Assembly (NCBI GenBank): GCA_048938895.1
Contig: JBHLLU010000001.1
Span: 64,001 to 128,000 of the forward strand
Length of the DNA: 64,000 nucleotides
Source: Promethearchaeota archaeon
Lineage (GTDB): Archaea > Asgardarchaeota > Lokiarchaeia > Sigyniarchaeales > SOKP01
Direction: 5' to 3'
Below, piece after piece: positions 37,894 through 48,183 of the stretch (position 1 is the first letter of the stretch; every line of letters begins with the position of its first letter). Below the pieces are notes generated by a model. It made no database searches. It was given only the letters and a program-made list of their open reading frames with translations, and was not told the DNA's origin. Made by a program: the position numbers and the translations under genes.

Positions 37894-39420
37894 TTATTCT
37901 TTTTTTCTTTGCATTGAATTTCTAAATTTCTCTAACTGTTTACGAGGAGTAACTGTAGGTCTTTCATATCTTTTAGCTTTAGATTTTATCCCGAATATAT
38001 ATTTTGAGATATTTTTAAGCTTTTCTGTATCATATCTTAACATCATTGTAATTGTTTCCATCTGAGGTGAACCTCCTCCATGAACTCCTGCAACTTGCAT
38101 CACACCTCCAAGATCAGATACTAAAAGTGTCTCTATTCCTTTAAAACAACGATATATATTTTCTGGTTTAACTCGAGGATTTCTCTTTAAATATTTCATC
38201 GCAAGTTCCCCAACCTCTTCGGAGAAGAATGTATCCTCATACGGTAATGTAGCTACTAATCCACCCGAGAGATCAGCTAAAATCTTCATCTCTTCATAGA
38301 TATTTTCACCTGCTAATCTTCGACCTGCATTGGTTAGAATCTCATCGGGGATTTGAGTACCAGAGGGGGATTTTTCTGAATGTTTAGCGCTTGATTCACC
38401 TGCCGCGAATACCAATTCTGCTATACCAATGATGTGAGAAATTTTCTCTTGTACATGTTTGGTATTCTCAATGCCATTGTATTCTGCCACTAATGTCGCA
38501 GCACTTGCAATAACTTCTGACACGGCAGGTTTGCATCCTGTATATGTATGACGATGATAATGAGCAAACATCAGTGCTAAAAATCCCGCATAAGGTGTTT
38601 GACGCGGATCAGCTTGTCCGTTCATAAATATCCTTTCATTTGGGACAAAAACATCATCAAAAATAATAAAAGTTTCTGCGTCTCCTATATGCATACCTGG
38701 CGCATCAAGATTTTTACCTTTTCTAACGTGAGCAGGTCTAGTGAGAAGTTTTACACCTTCCCAATCTGCAGGTAACGCAAATGCAACAGCATAATCTTTA
38801 TCCTCAGGCCCCATATAACGACATGGTACAGCTATCAACTCATCTGCATATGGAGTATTTGTTATATTGATCTTACAACCTCTTACAATTATCCCATCAT
38901 CTCTTGTTTCAATAACCCTGAGATATTGATCAGGATCTTCCTGTTCATGAGGCCTTTTTAATCGATCTCCCTTTGCATCTGTCTGGGCACAACTAGCTAC
39001 AATATCTTGGTCTTGAAAGAATTCCATATACTTCCTAAAATTTTCATAATATTTTGTCCCAAGAGCTTGATCCATCTCGTAAGTTATAACTGAAAGAGCG
39101 TTTAAAGCATCAATACCCATACATCTCTGTATACAACCCCCGACACGATGACATAGCACTCTTGTCATCATTTGTTTCTTAAGTAAATCTTCTTTATTCT
39201 GGTGAATATGACAAAAGCGATTTATTTTTTTTCCTGTAAGATGAGATGTAGTTACCATTAAATCTTCATAATCTGGATCATACGCACGATCAAGAGTTTC
39301 TTTGATAATATACATTCCACCTTGTAATCGAGGGTCGTCTCGACCAACCTTTTCGTCACCGATATATATATTCGGTTTCATTTTCAATAGATCTTCCACA
39401 TATTGTTCATAAGTTCGCAT
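37894..39420 (-). CDS. abfD: 4-hydroxybutyryl-CoA dehydratase / vinylacetyl-CoA isomerase family
   Basis: GGCIQRCMGID and YHRHTYTGCK (Fe-S ligands), QTDAKGDR, HGGGSP. Confidence 0.85.
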   Translation of the reverse strand: MRTYEQYVEDLLKMKPNIYIGDEKVGRDDPRLQGGMYIIKETLDRAYDPDYEDLMVTTSHLTGKKINRFCHIHQNKEDLLKKQMMTRVLCHRVGGCIQRCMGIDALNALSVITYEMDQALGTKYYENFRKYMEFFQDQDIVASCAQTDAKGDRLKRPHEQEDPDQYLRVIETRDDGIIVRGCKINITNTPYADELIAVPCRYMGPEDKDYAVAFALPADWEGVKLLTRPAHVRKGKNLDAPGMHIGDAETFIIFDDVFVPNERIFMNGQADPRQTPYAGFLALMFAHYHRHTYTGCKPAVSEVIASAATLVAEYNGIENTKHVQEKISHIIGIAELVFAAGESSAKHSEKSPSGTQIPDEILTNAGRRLAGENIYEEMKILADLSGGLVATLPYEDTFFSEEVGELAMKYLKRNPRVKPENIYRCFKGIETLLVSDLGGVMQVAGVHGGGSPQMETITMMLRYDTEKLKNISKYIFGIKSKAKRYERPTVTPRKQLEKFRNSMQRKKE

Positions 39421-39718
39421 ATTTCTTACCTAAAATTATTACTATATATGGTAATTATTTTCAGTTTATAAATAAACCGACTTAGAGTTTAAATCATTCT
39501 AAGAGGTTGATAAACATTCATTTTTAACATTATTATACTAATTAATATTAAACAAATTAATAACAAAACCTAATAATTATATACTATTGTTCAGTCTTAA
39601 TAATAGTAATATCTTTTTTTTCTATATATTTTCAAGGAGTTCTAAACTTTTTTCAATAATTTTATTAATGTACAATAAATAATATTATTAGTCTATTAAC
39701 TATATCGAGTTTTGAGTA

Positions 39719-41038
39719 ATGGATAATCGAATTTATCTTCTGGATGTTACCAACAGAGATGGAGTTCAAACCAGCCGTTTAGGCTTAGCTAAGCTAGAAA
39801 AAACAGTATTGAATATCTTATTAAACAGAATGGGTATCTACCAATCTGAAATTGGCTTCCCCACTACACTTCACGAAACTAACTATATTAATGCAAATTT
39901 GGAACTTGCTAAAATAGGAGTGCTTCATCCTATTATATTATCAGGTTGGATGCGAGCTATTGAATCAGATGTAGAAAAGGCAATGGAACTTACAGAATTA
40001 GAACACGTGAATTTATCAATTTCTACATCACGTCAAATGATTAACGGCAAATTTCAGGGAAGATATAATAGTAATGATATTATCGATATGATGGTTGCAG
40101 CTGTTCAAAGAGCGCAAGATTACGGTATAAAAACTATTGGAGTAAATGCTGAGGACGCCAGTAGAACCGATATGAAATTTCTTATAAAATTCTCCTTAGC
40201 GGCAAGAAAAGCCGGTGCTCATCGCATCCGATATTGTGATACTCTCGGATATGAAACACCTTTTCGAATTCATTTCCGAATGAAAGATCTAACTAAAGCT
40301 GTGGATCTACCTATTGAATTACATTGCCATAATGATTTAGGGATGGCCGTTGCTAATTCAATAATGGGTGCGAAAGGAGTCATTGAAGAAGGTCAAGATG
40401 CTCTTATCAATACTGCAGTTAATAGTATGGGTGAACGTGCAGGAAATGCTGATTTAGTTTCAACTACTTTGGCATTACAATATGGAGCGGAAATTGAAGA
40501 TCTTGGAATGGTTGATCCTCGGATTGATCTATCAAAAGCATGGAAAATTGCTACTTATGCTTCTTATGCTTTTGGAGTTCCTATTCCTGTTAATCAGCCG
40601 GGAGTAGGAGATAATGCTTTTGCTCACGAATCAGGAATCCATGCCGATGGTGCCCTTAAAGATAGAAAAAACTACGAATTATATGATTATAATGAACTGG
40701 GGAGAGGGGAAACAATTATGATTGAAACAGGAAGAAAAGTCACCACTGGAGAATATTCTGGAATATCCGCATTTACACATAGCTACAATCATTTTAATAT
40801 AGAGTTCAAAAATGATGAAGAAGCACGTCAAATTTTAGAGCTGGTAAGGTATGCAAATGTTCATAAACAACGTCCGTTGGTAAAAGAAGAATTCATCTTT
40901 ATTGCAGAATATCCCAAGATTGCTCAGAAAATATTAACAATGACCCCTCCAGATATTTCAATAGATCGTCCTCATTACGATTTAGCGAAAAAAAGAAAAT
41001 CAAAAGGATTTATGGCAATCAAACTTATGAAGAATTAA
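39719..41038 (+). CDS. Homocitrate synthase-like DRE-TIM enzyme (NifV/AksA type)
   Basis: DVTNRDGVQ, NAEDASR, YCDTLG, HCHNDLGMAVAN, GERAGNA and FAHESGIHADG motifs. Confidence 0.8.
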   Translation: MDNRIYLLDVTNRDGVQTSRLGLAKLEKTVLNILLNRMGIYQSEIGFPTTLHETNYINANLELAKIGVLHPIILSGWMRAIESDVEKAMELTELEHVNLSISTSRQMINGKFQGRYNSNDIIDMMVAAVQRAQDYGIKTIGVNAEDASRTDMKFLIKFSLAARKAGAHRIRYCDTLGYETPFRIHFRMKDLTKAVDLPIELHCHNDLGMAVANSIMGAKGVIEEGQDALINTAVNSMGERAGNADLVSTTLALQYGAEIEDLGMVDPRIDLSKAWKIATYASYAFGVPIPVNQPGVGDNAFAHESGIHADGALKDRKNYELYDYNELGRGETIMIETGRKVTTGEYSGISAFTHSYNHFNIEFKNDEEARQILELVRYANVHKQRPLVKEEFIFIAEYPKIAQKILTMTPPDISIDRPHYDLAKKRKSKGFMAIKLMKN

Positions 41039-41106
41039 CTATTTTTACTTATATTCATTTAGGAATATAAATAATAGGGAATAAAGTCAAATTTTCCTAA
41101 TAATAT

Positions 41107-42093
41107 ATGAAAGAAGAATTAACTCCAGTAAAAATCTATAAAAATTTTCAAAATGGAGATTTAAATAAGGAAGATGCTGCTGATCTTTTAACCTCAATCA
41201 TTAACGGGAGCGAGGATGCAAAAGTTCGGAAAGAAAGCATTGAGTTCTTGGAAAAAATTAATTATAAAGATGATAACATTTTTAAGATTTTGGAAAATCA
41301 TCTTTTATCTGATGAAGATGCAGGTGTAAGAGCCTCAGCAGCAAAAATCATTATCTTGAACTTTCTAGATGAAGGATCTGAACCAATAGAATGGAGTTCT
41401 AAGCATGAAAAGTCGCCCCTTGTTATTAAAGCTATTATTGATACTTTAGAAAATAAAAAAAATAATCAACAAGAAGCAATTAGAGAGTGCTTAACAAGCT
41501 TTTTAGCTCAGTTTGCTGTAGATCTGGGAGTGGTCCATGAAGAAGCTAGGTTTTTTTTGGATCTAGAAGCAATTTTTTCGTTTGGGAACGCAAATTATGA
41601 AATTAAACCCCAAGATTATAAGAATTTTGAGAGATTGCAAAATAATATAAATTCTGAACCTTGGTTAATTATAAACAACAAACACGTTGAGACTCTTAAT
41701 CTTAATTTGTTTAGCTGGTATTTCATAAAAGCAAATGTTGAGATCTTCGATTCATTTGTAAAGATTAATTACTTAGATTTATATCTCAATACCATTAGGA
41801 AATATACTAAACTTAATTTTAATTCTACTATTATACCTGAATCGATAGGTACATTATCCTTCCTTAAAAATTTAGGGTTGTCGCGTAATCACTTACAAAC
41901 TATTCCTAAATCAATAAAAAATTTGAGTTCACTTAAAAACTTAGACTTAAGTCATAATCAATTTCCTGAAATTCCTCAAATCTTGAAATCACTGTCTTCT
42001 CTTGAATATTTAAACATGAAATATAATAATTTTAGAAATATTCCCCAATCCATGAAAAATTTTGTTAATTCTCTCACAAAATTTGAGTTATAA
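41107..42093 (+). CDS. HEAT + leucine-rich repeat protein
   Basis: N-terminal SDEDAGVRASAA HEAT motif; C-terminal LRRs (IPESIGTLSFLKNLGLSRNHL, IPKSIKNLSSLKNLDLSHNQF). Confidence 0.85.
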   Translation: MKEELTPVKIYKNFQNGDLNKEDAADLLTSIINGSEDAKVRKESIEFLEKINYKDDNIFKILENHLLSDEDAGVRASAAKIIILNFLDEGSEPIEWSSKHEKSPLVIKAIIDTLENKKNNQQEAIRECLTSFLAQFAVDLGVVHEEARFFLDLEAIFSFGNANYEIKPQDYKNFERLQNNINSEPWLIINNKHVETLNLNLFSWYFIKANVEIFDSFVKINYLDLYLNTIRKYTKLNFNSTIIPESIGTLSFLKNLGLSRNHLQTIPKSIKNLSSLKNLDLSHNQFPEIPQILKSLSSLEYLNMKYNNFRNIPQSMKNFVNSLTKFEL

Positions 42094-42152
42094 TTGAAAT
42101 TATTACTTAAATATTAAAACTGAGATTAATTCCATTAATTAAAAATGTCTTA

Positions 42153-43871
42153 GTGATGATTATGACAAATGGTAAAAAAATCTATGGTGGCGATATTTTA
42201 GTTAAATGTCTTTTAGAAGAAAATGTTAAATATATGTTTGGTATTCCTGGTGGGCAATTATTGAGAATGTATGATGCTGTACATAGATGGGGAAGAGAAA
42301 AGGGTATAGAAACTGTAATGTTCCGTCACGAGCAAGCTGCAGCACATGCCGCAGATGCATGGGCAAGACTGACGAATACTCCCGGAATATGTTTTGGTAC
42401 TGTTGGTCCAGGGGCTACTCATCTCGTCCCTGGCATCGGTGCGGCATGGAGCGATAACATCCCTGTGGTGGCAATCGTTCCGCAAGTGGATATAGCTCTT
42501 GCTGACAGTTTTTCATTACAAGGTAATCTTGATCAAGTTTCATTATTTAAACCAATTACCAAATATCAAAAATCAGTTCGAAAAGCCGAAGAAATTCCAG
42601 ACGCTGTTCAAAAAGTATTTAGAGAGGCTACAGGTGGACGTCCCCGTCCTGTTCTCTTAGAATTATACCATGATGCTCTTTATGAACAAATAGAGGAAGA
42701 TAAAGTACCAATTCTAGCAGCAGAACAATATCGGGCATTGAGTAAACCTGCAATATCTAAAGACTTAATTTCCAAATCTCTAGAGCTATTATTAAGCGCA
42801 GAAAAACCTATAATAATATCGGGAGGAGGAGTTTCTCGTTCAGAAGGTTGGAAAGAACTTCAGGAGTTTGCTGAATACCTTCAAATTCCTGTAATTACCT
42901 CAACGACGGGAGTTGGTACCATTCCAAACACATCTAGTGCATTTTTAGGATCTGGAATTGGTATGGCTAGTTTTTTTGCTTCAAGTCAAGCTGATGTGGT
43001 TTTAGCTTTAGGTACTAAATTTTCTTTTACCTTAGGGTATGGAAAACCTCCTTTATGGAATAAATCACAAAAGTTAATTCATGTTGATATAGATCCTTCC
43101 ATTATTGGGCGTAGTAAGCCAATCGCCTTAGGAATTATAGGTGATTGCAAATTATTCTTAGAGCAAATTCTTGAAGAAGTTAAAAAGGTTCCAAAAGTTG
43201 AAAAAAGACCTTGGATGGATTCTTTAACTAACAACAGGAAAAGTATTGTTAAATCAAGGACTAAAATTGCAGAAAGTGATGAAATTCCTATAAAACCTGA
43301 GAGAATGATTAAGGATGTCTATGAATTTATGGATGAGGATGCTATACTAGTAATTGATGGAGGCAATCTTGCAGTCTATGCTATTGAGCAAATAGATTTT
43401 TATAAATCTCGTCCACCACTTTCAACACTTCAAGCAATTGGGATGGGCCACTTAGGAACTTCAGTTCCATATGGTATTGGAGCAAAATTAGCCAAACCGG
43501 ACAGACAGGTAGTATCAATCTCAGGAGATGGGAGTTTTATGATTAATATTCATGATTTAGAAACAGCAGCAAGACTTGGTTTAAAAAATCTAATTTATGT
43601 AATAGGGAATAATAGCGCGTGGGGAATGATAAAGACTGAACAAGAATTCCGTTATAAAAAGCGTTATATAGATGTGGATTTTCCTGACTTTGATTTTAGT
43701 CGTGTTGCTGAAGCTTTTGGTTGTTATGGAGAATTGGTAACTGATCCAAATGAAATTACACCTGCTCTTAACAGAGCTAAAAACTCAGGAAGACCTGCGG
43801 TTTTAGATATTAAAATCAAATATGATACTCCCGAATTTATGAAGTTGGCAGCTTCAAGGGGAGGTTTATAA
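42153..43871 (+). CDS. ThDP-dependent enzyme (acetolactate synthase / 2-hydroxyacyl-CoA lyase-like), paralog 1
   Basis: FGIPGG, RHEQAAAHAAD, GPG and GDGSF...NNSAWGMIK motifs. Confidence 0.88.
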   Translation: MMIMTNGKKIYGGDILVKCLLEENVKYMFGIPGGQLLRMYDAVHRWGREKGIETVMFRHEQAAAHAADAWARLTNTPGICFGTVGPGATHLVPGIGAAWSDNIPVVAIVPQVDIALADSFSLQGNLDQVSLFKPITKYQKSVRKAEEIPDAVQKVFREATGGRPRPVLLELYHDALYEQIEEDKVPILAAEQYRALSKPAISKDLISKSLELLLSAEKPIIISGGGVSRSEGWKELQEFAEYLQIPVITSTTGVGTIPNTSSAFLGSGIGMASFFASSQADVVLALGTKFSFTLGYGKPPLWNKSQKLIHVDIDPSIIGRSKPIALGIIGDCKLFLEQILEEVKKVPKVEKRPWMDSLTNNRKSIVKSRTKIAESDEIPIKPERMIKDVYEFMDEDAILVIDGGNLAVYAIEQIDFYKSRPPLSTLQAIGMGHLGTSVPYGIGAKLAKPDRQVVSISGDGSFMINIHDLETAARLGLKNLIYVIGNNSAWGMIKTEQEFRYKKRYIDVDFPDFDFSRVAEAFGCYGELVTDPNEITPALNRAKNSGRPAVLDIKIKYDTPEFMKLAASRGGL

Positions 43872-43989
43872 CAAATATTCTTAACTTTTTTTTATTATAC
43901 TCTTTTTAGGTCATTATTTTAGATAAATATTTAAGATTTGAAAACAAAAATAACAATTATTACCTAAATTTTGGCATTAGGTGAAAATT

Positions 43990-45702
43990 TTGACAGAAGA
44001 GAAGAAAAAGTTGAATGGGGGGGATGTACTAATAAAATGTCTCCTCCAAGAAAATGTAAAATATATGTTTGGTATCCCAGGTGGGCAATTTCTAAATATG
44101 TATGACGCTGTTTATAAATGGGGCCGCGAGCAAGGAATTGAAACAATACTTTTTAGACATGAGTCAGCTGCAGCACACGCTGCTGATGCATTGGCACGAG
44201 TGACCAATAAACCGGGACTATGCTTTGGAACTGCTGGTCCTGGTGCAAATAATCTAGTCCCCGGGGTCGCTGCAGCATGGGCAGACAATATTCCTGTAAT
44301 TGCATTAGTACCTCAAGTAAATACAAAAATACAAGATACATTTACATTGCAAGGAAATCTTGATCAAATTACAATGTTCAAACCAATTACTAAATACCAA
44401 AAAAGTATTCAGAAAGTTGAAGATATTCCTGATGCAGTTCAAAAGATATTCCGAGAAGCTACTGGGGGACGTCCTCAACCTGTTTTATTAGAGATTTTTG
44501 AGGATGCTTTTCTAGAAGAAATTGAAGAAGAAAAATTATCTATCATAGAATCAAATAGATACCGCGCACTTCAAAAACCTTCAATAAGTAAGGAGTCAAT
44601 AAAAGAATCTTTAGAACTATTAATTAATGCGAAGAAACCTTTAATAATATCTGGTGGAGGTGTATCACGTGCAGAAGCGTGGCAAGAACTTCAAGAGTTT
44701 GTTGAGTATTTACAAATACCTGTGATGACCACTATAATGGGAATAGGTACTATATCAAATAAGTCTAAATGTTTGATTGGAGCTACTGCTGCTGGACCTT
44801 GTATGCAAGCCGCGATGGAAGCGGATGTGGTATTAGCACTTGGATGCAAATTTTCATTTACTATGGGTCATGGGGATGAACCGTTTTGGAAGGATTCCCA
44901 AAAAATGATTCAGGTCGATATTGATCCCTCTATAGTTGGAAGAGCAAAACCAATTACCCTAGGAATTGTAGGTGATTGTAAAGAATTTTTAAAATTGATT
45001 CTTTCAGAAGCAAAAAACCATAAAAAAGTCGAACAGAGGGAATGGCTGGACTCGTTAGTTGCATCCAGACAAAATACAATTCAAAGTTTAGTTAAAAAAG
45101 CCTCTAGAGACAAAACACCTATTACACCAATGAGATTAGTAAAAGATATCTTAGAGTCTATTGATGATGACGCAATTTTAATCCTTGATGGTGGTGATAT
45201 CAATGTATATGCCATTGAACAAATAGATTATCATAAACCTCGTCCGCCAATTTCAACGCTTCAAGCAGTATGTATGGGGCAGTTAGGTACTTCGGTTCCT
45301 TACGGCATTGGAGCCAAACTTGCTAGACCAGACAAACAGGTGGTTTCCATATCTGGTGATGGCTCTTTTATGATAAACATACAAGATCTTGAGACTGCTG
45401 CTAGATTGGGTTTAAAAAACTTAGTTTATGTTATTGCTAATAATAATGCATGGGGTATGATAAAGAGTGGTCAAAAACTTGCTATGGGCAAGCGGTATAT
45501 CGATGTAGATTTACCTGATTTTGATTTTGCAAAATGTGCTGAAGGATTCAGTTGTTATGGAGAATTAGTTACCGATCCAAATGAAATTAAACCTGCTTTT
45601 GAAAGGGCTAAGTCTTCTGGAAAACCAGCAATACTAGATGTAAAAATAGGATTCGGAACTCCCGATGGGACCAAATTGATGTTGAGTATGGGGATTTTAT
45701 AG
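43990..45702 (+). CDS. ThDP-dependent enzyme (acetolactate synthase / 2-hydroxyacyl-CoA lyase-like), paralog 2
   Basis: Same motifs, collinear with paralog 1. Probable TTG start at 43990 after AGGTGA (ORF track start GTG 43981). Confidence 0.88.
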   Translation: MTEEKKKLNGGDVLIKCLLQENVKYMFGIPGGQFLNMYDAVYKWGREQGIETILFRHESAAAHAADALARVTNKPGLCFGTAGPGANNLVPGVAAAWADNIPVIALVPQVNTKIQDTFTLQGNLDQITMFKPITKYQKSIQKVEDIPDAVQKIFREATGGRPQPVLLEIFEDAFLEEIEEEKLSIIESNRYRALQKPSISKESIKESLELLINAKKPLIISGGGVSRAEAWQELQEFVEYLQIPVMTTIMGIGTISNKSKCLIGATAAGPCMQAAMEADVVLALGCKFSFTMGHGDEPFWKDSQKMIQVDIDPSIVGRAKPITLGIVGDCKEFLKLILSEAKNHKKVEQREWLDSLVASRQNTIQSLVKKASRDKTPITPMRLVKDILESIDDDAILILDGGDINVYAIEQIDYHKPRPPISTLQAVCMGQLGTSVPYGIGAKLARPDKQVVSISGDGSFMINIQDLETAARLGLKNLVYVIANNNAWGMIKSGQKLAMGKRYIDVDLPDFDFAKCAEGFSCYGELVTDPNEIKPAFERAKSSGKPAILDVKIGFGTPDGTKLMLSMGIL

Positions 45703-45753
45703 TCACTACTCTTTTTTTTCTTAATTAGTTAAAGCTACCAAAATACGTGTTAT

Positions 45754-46776
45754 GTGATGAAAGGTGTAATTTTTGAAGGGAAACACAAGCTTTCCATTAG
45801 AGATGATTTAGTAAAACCAGAAATCAAATCAGATGAGGTTTTAATTAGAGTTAAGAATGTAGGTATTTGCGGGACCGATGTCGGTTCCTATGAGACTGGA
45901 GGACCGTATCTACCGGATAAAATAATCGGCCATGAATTCTCAGGGGAAATTGTTGAAATTGGGGAACATGTTAAAAAATTAAAAGTTGGGAATCGTGTAA
46001 CTGTCAATCCGCAGATTCCTTGTGGTGAATGTTATTACTGTATTCATCATCAAGAAAATATGTGTAAATTACAAAATTATTCTCTAGGTACAACTGAAAA
46101 CGGAGCTATGCGAGAATATATTAACGTTAAAGCTGAAAGAATACACATTCTACCCGAAGAATTTCCCATTGAATATGGGGCAATAGTAGAGCCTTTATCT
46201 ATTGCGTTAAATGCAGTTTGTGACTCTGGTTTTAAGATTGGTGATACTGCAACTGTTATAGGAGCTGGTCCCATAGGATTGTTTTTAATTCAAGTTTTAA
46301 AAGCGACAGGAGCAGACAGAATTTATGTTATTGAACCTGTGGAATCAAAACGGAAGAAAGCTCTTGATATGGGAGTAGATAAAGCATTTATCCCGGACAA
46401 TTGGGCTAAAATAAGAAGATTTACTGATAAATTAGGACCAGATCATATCTATGATTGTGTAGGGCTCTCATCCACAATTACTAATTCTCTTTCTCTAATA
46501 AAAAAAGGAGGATGTATAACGTTAATTGGTATGCATTCCAGTACTTTTGAAATTAAAAATGCTTTGCTTTTAACTACTAATAATATTACTCTTAAAGGTG
46601 TATATGGGTACAACCAAGATATATTTAAGACAGCAATTAATTTATTAGAACAGGGGAAAATAGATGTTGAATCTATAATTACTAACCGCATTATAATAGA
46701 TGAAGTGCCTCAGATGTTTGAAAAATTAGCTAATCCCCCTCATGATGAATTAAAGGTCATTGTAAACCTTGATTAA
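45754..46776 (+). CDS. Zn-dependent medium-chain dehydrogenase (sorbitol/butanediol dehydrogenase-like)
   Basis: GICGTD, GHEFSG, CGECYYC..C, VEPL and GAGPIG motifs. Confidence 0.9.
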   Translation: MMKGVIFEGKHKLSIRDDLVKPEIKSDEVLIRVKNVGICGTDVGSYETGGPYLPDKIIGHEFSGEIVEIGEHVKKLKVGNRVTVNPQIPCGECYYCIHHQENMCKLQNYSLGTTENGAMREYINVKAERIHILPEEFPIEYGAIVEPLSIALNAVCDSGFKIGDTATVIGAGPIGLFLIQVLKATGADRIYVIEPVESKRKKALDMGVDKAFIPDNWAKIRRFTDKLGPDHIYDCVGLSSTITNSLSLIKKGGCITLIGMHSSTFEIKNALLLTTNNITLKGVYGYNQDIFKTAINLLEQGKIDVESIITNRIIIDEVPQMFEKLANPPHDELKVIVNLD

Positions 46777-46884
46777 CTGTTTATTAATCCTTTCTTTTTC
46801 TTATTTTTTTCATAAAAATATTTTAAGAATTTGAACTACTACTAATTATACTTTAATTTTATATTTCTACTGAGAATTAAGATT

Positions 46885-48165
46885 ATGTTTAACAAAAAAG
46901 GAGAAGTTCAATGCATCGATGATGAGATACTTGAAAAATTGAGTTTAAAATATCGCTACAGTTTTTTAAACAACAATTTGATGAGTATTTTAAAACCTGA
47001 GGATTTTAATTTTTTAAAAAAGACTCAAAAATTTTTTCTAAGGTTTGAAAAGAATAAAAATATAACTCATAATGAAGATTTCTATGATTGGTTTCCAGAA
47101 ATAGGTGAAGCAGGATTACTTACTAGAGTAAACAAATTTCAGGAATTGGGTTTAAATTATGAACCACATGGAATGACAGCAGAATTTATGAGATGCTTAG
47201 CTACTGATTTTTTCGACCCTCAATTAGCAATGGGAATTGGTGCTAATGTTTTATGTGTAAATCCGTTAATGTTTCATAATGATGATGTAGAAGAACGATT
47301 GAATGCACTTAAAGATTTGGTTACTGGACAAAAAATTGGATGTATATGCATTACAGAACCAGAGAGAGGTTCAGATGCAGTACATATGCTAACTACATGT
47401 AAAGAGAATGAAGATGGTAGCTATATCATGAATGGAGAAAAAATCTATCAGACTAATGGAGCTAAGGCAGATTTAGCAATAGTTTATGCTGTAGCAGAAC
47501 AAAATAATGGAAATACAATGGCCCAATTTTTAGTAGATACAACCTGGGAAGGTTGGGAAGTAGAAAGATTAAATATTCCCTGGACACCAAGAGTTTTTAT
47601 TGGGAAAGAGACTTTTACAAACATAATAATTCCCTCAGAATATGTTTTAGGCAAACCGGGTAGAGGGAGAGAACACCTTTTTGAAGGATTAAATTTGGAA
47701 AGATTAGGGATTGTTCTTCTCAATATCTCAGAAGCCTGGAATGCAATTTCTCATGCGACAATATACGCGAATATGAGAAAACAATTTGATCAAGAAATTT
47801 TAAAATATCAAGGAGTAGGCTTTCCATTAGCCGATATGTGGGCTAAAACAATGGGTTTGACTTTAGCAGCATTGCACATTTGTCAAATAATTGATGAAAA
47901 AATGGAACAATTCGGAACACTTCCCCAAAATTTTAATTTAGCTCTAGTCGCAACAGCATCTCAATTAAAATCTCAGAGCGCTAAATTATCTGAACGTGTA
48001 TGTTTTGGTTGCGCCGATCTAATGGGGGGAGCTGGATTGTGTGATAATACATTAATGAGCGATTTGTTGGGAATCTCAAGAATTCATCGAGTTGGGGGAG
48101 GAACATCCCAGATTCAAAAGTATATTATGAGTTTAGCCTTACGTCAATTGTTTAAGATGCTTTGA
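46885..48165 (+). CDS. Acyl-CoA dehydrogenase
   Basis: ITEPERGSD, NGEKIYQTNG, GLNLERL, RKQFDQ..YQGV, MGGAG and GGGTSQIQK motifs. Confidence 0.9.
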   Translation: MFNKKGEVQCIDDEILEKLSLKYRYSFLNNNLMSILKPEDFNFLKKTQKFFLRFEKNKNITHNEDFYDWFPEIGEAGLLTRVNKFQELGLNYEPHGMTAEFMRCLATDFFDPQLAMGIGANVLCVNPLMFHNDDVEERLNALKDLVTGQKIGCICITEPERGSDAVHMLTTCKENEDGSYIMNGEKIYQTNGAKADLAIVYAVAEQNNGNTMAQFLVDTTWEGWEVERLNIPWTPRVFIGKETFTNIIIPSEYVLGKPGRGREHLFEGLNLERLGIVLLNISEAWNAISHATIYANMRKQFDQEILKYQGVGFPLADMWAKTMGLTLAALHICQIIDEKMEQFGTLPQNFNLALVATASQLKSQSAKLSERVCFGCADLMGGAGLCDNTLMSDLLGISRIHRVGGGTSQIQKYIMSLALRQLFKML

Positions 48166-48183
48166 AAATAGGGTCGAATTTAT

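Noticed and set aside
37706-38065. 119-aa ORF bridging the TrmB-like gene and abfD
   Set aside because: It overlaps two convergent real genes and looks like low-complexity AT-rich translation.
3552-39420. Claim of a complete autotrophic rTCA or DC/4HB cycle
   Set aside because: Key enzymes (citrate lyase, succinyl-CoA reductase, PEP carboxylase) are not in the window, and the genes present also fit fermentation.
41107-42093. HEAT+LRR protein as a novel system
   Set aside because: This architecture is a well-known expanded family in Lokiarchaeia, and there is no informative context here.
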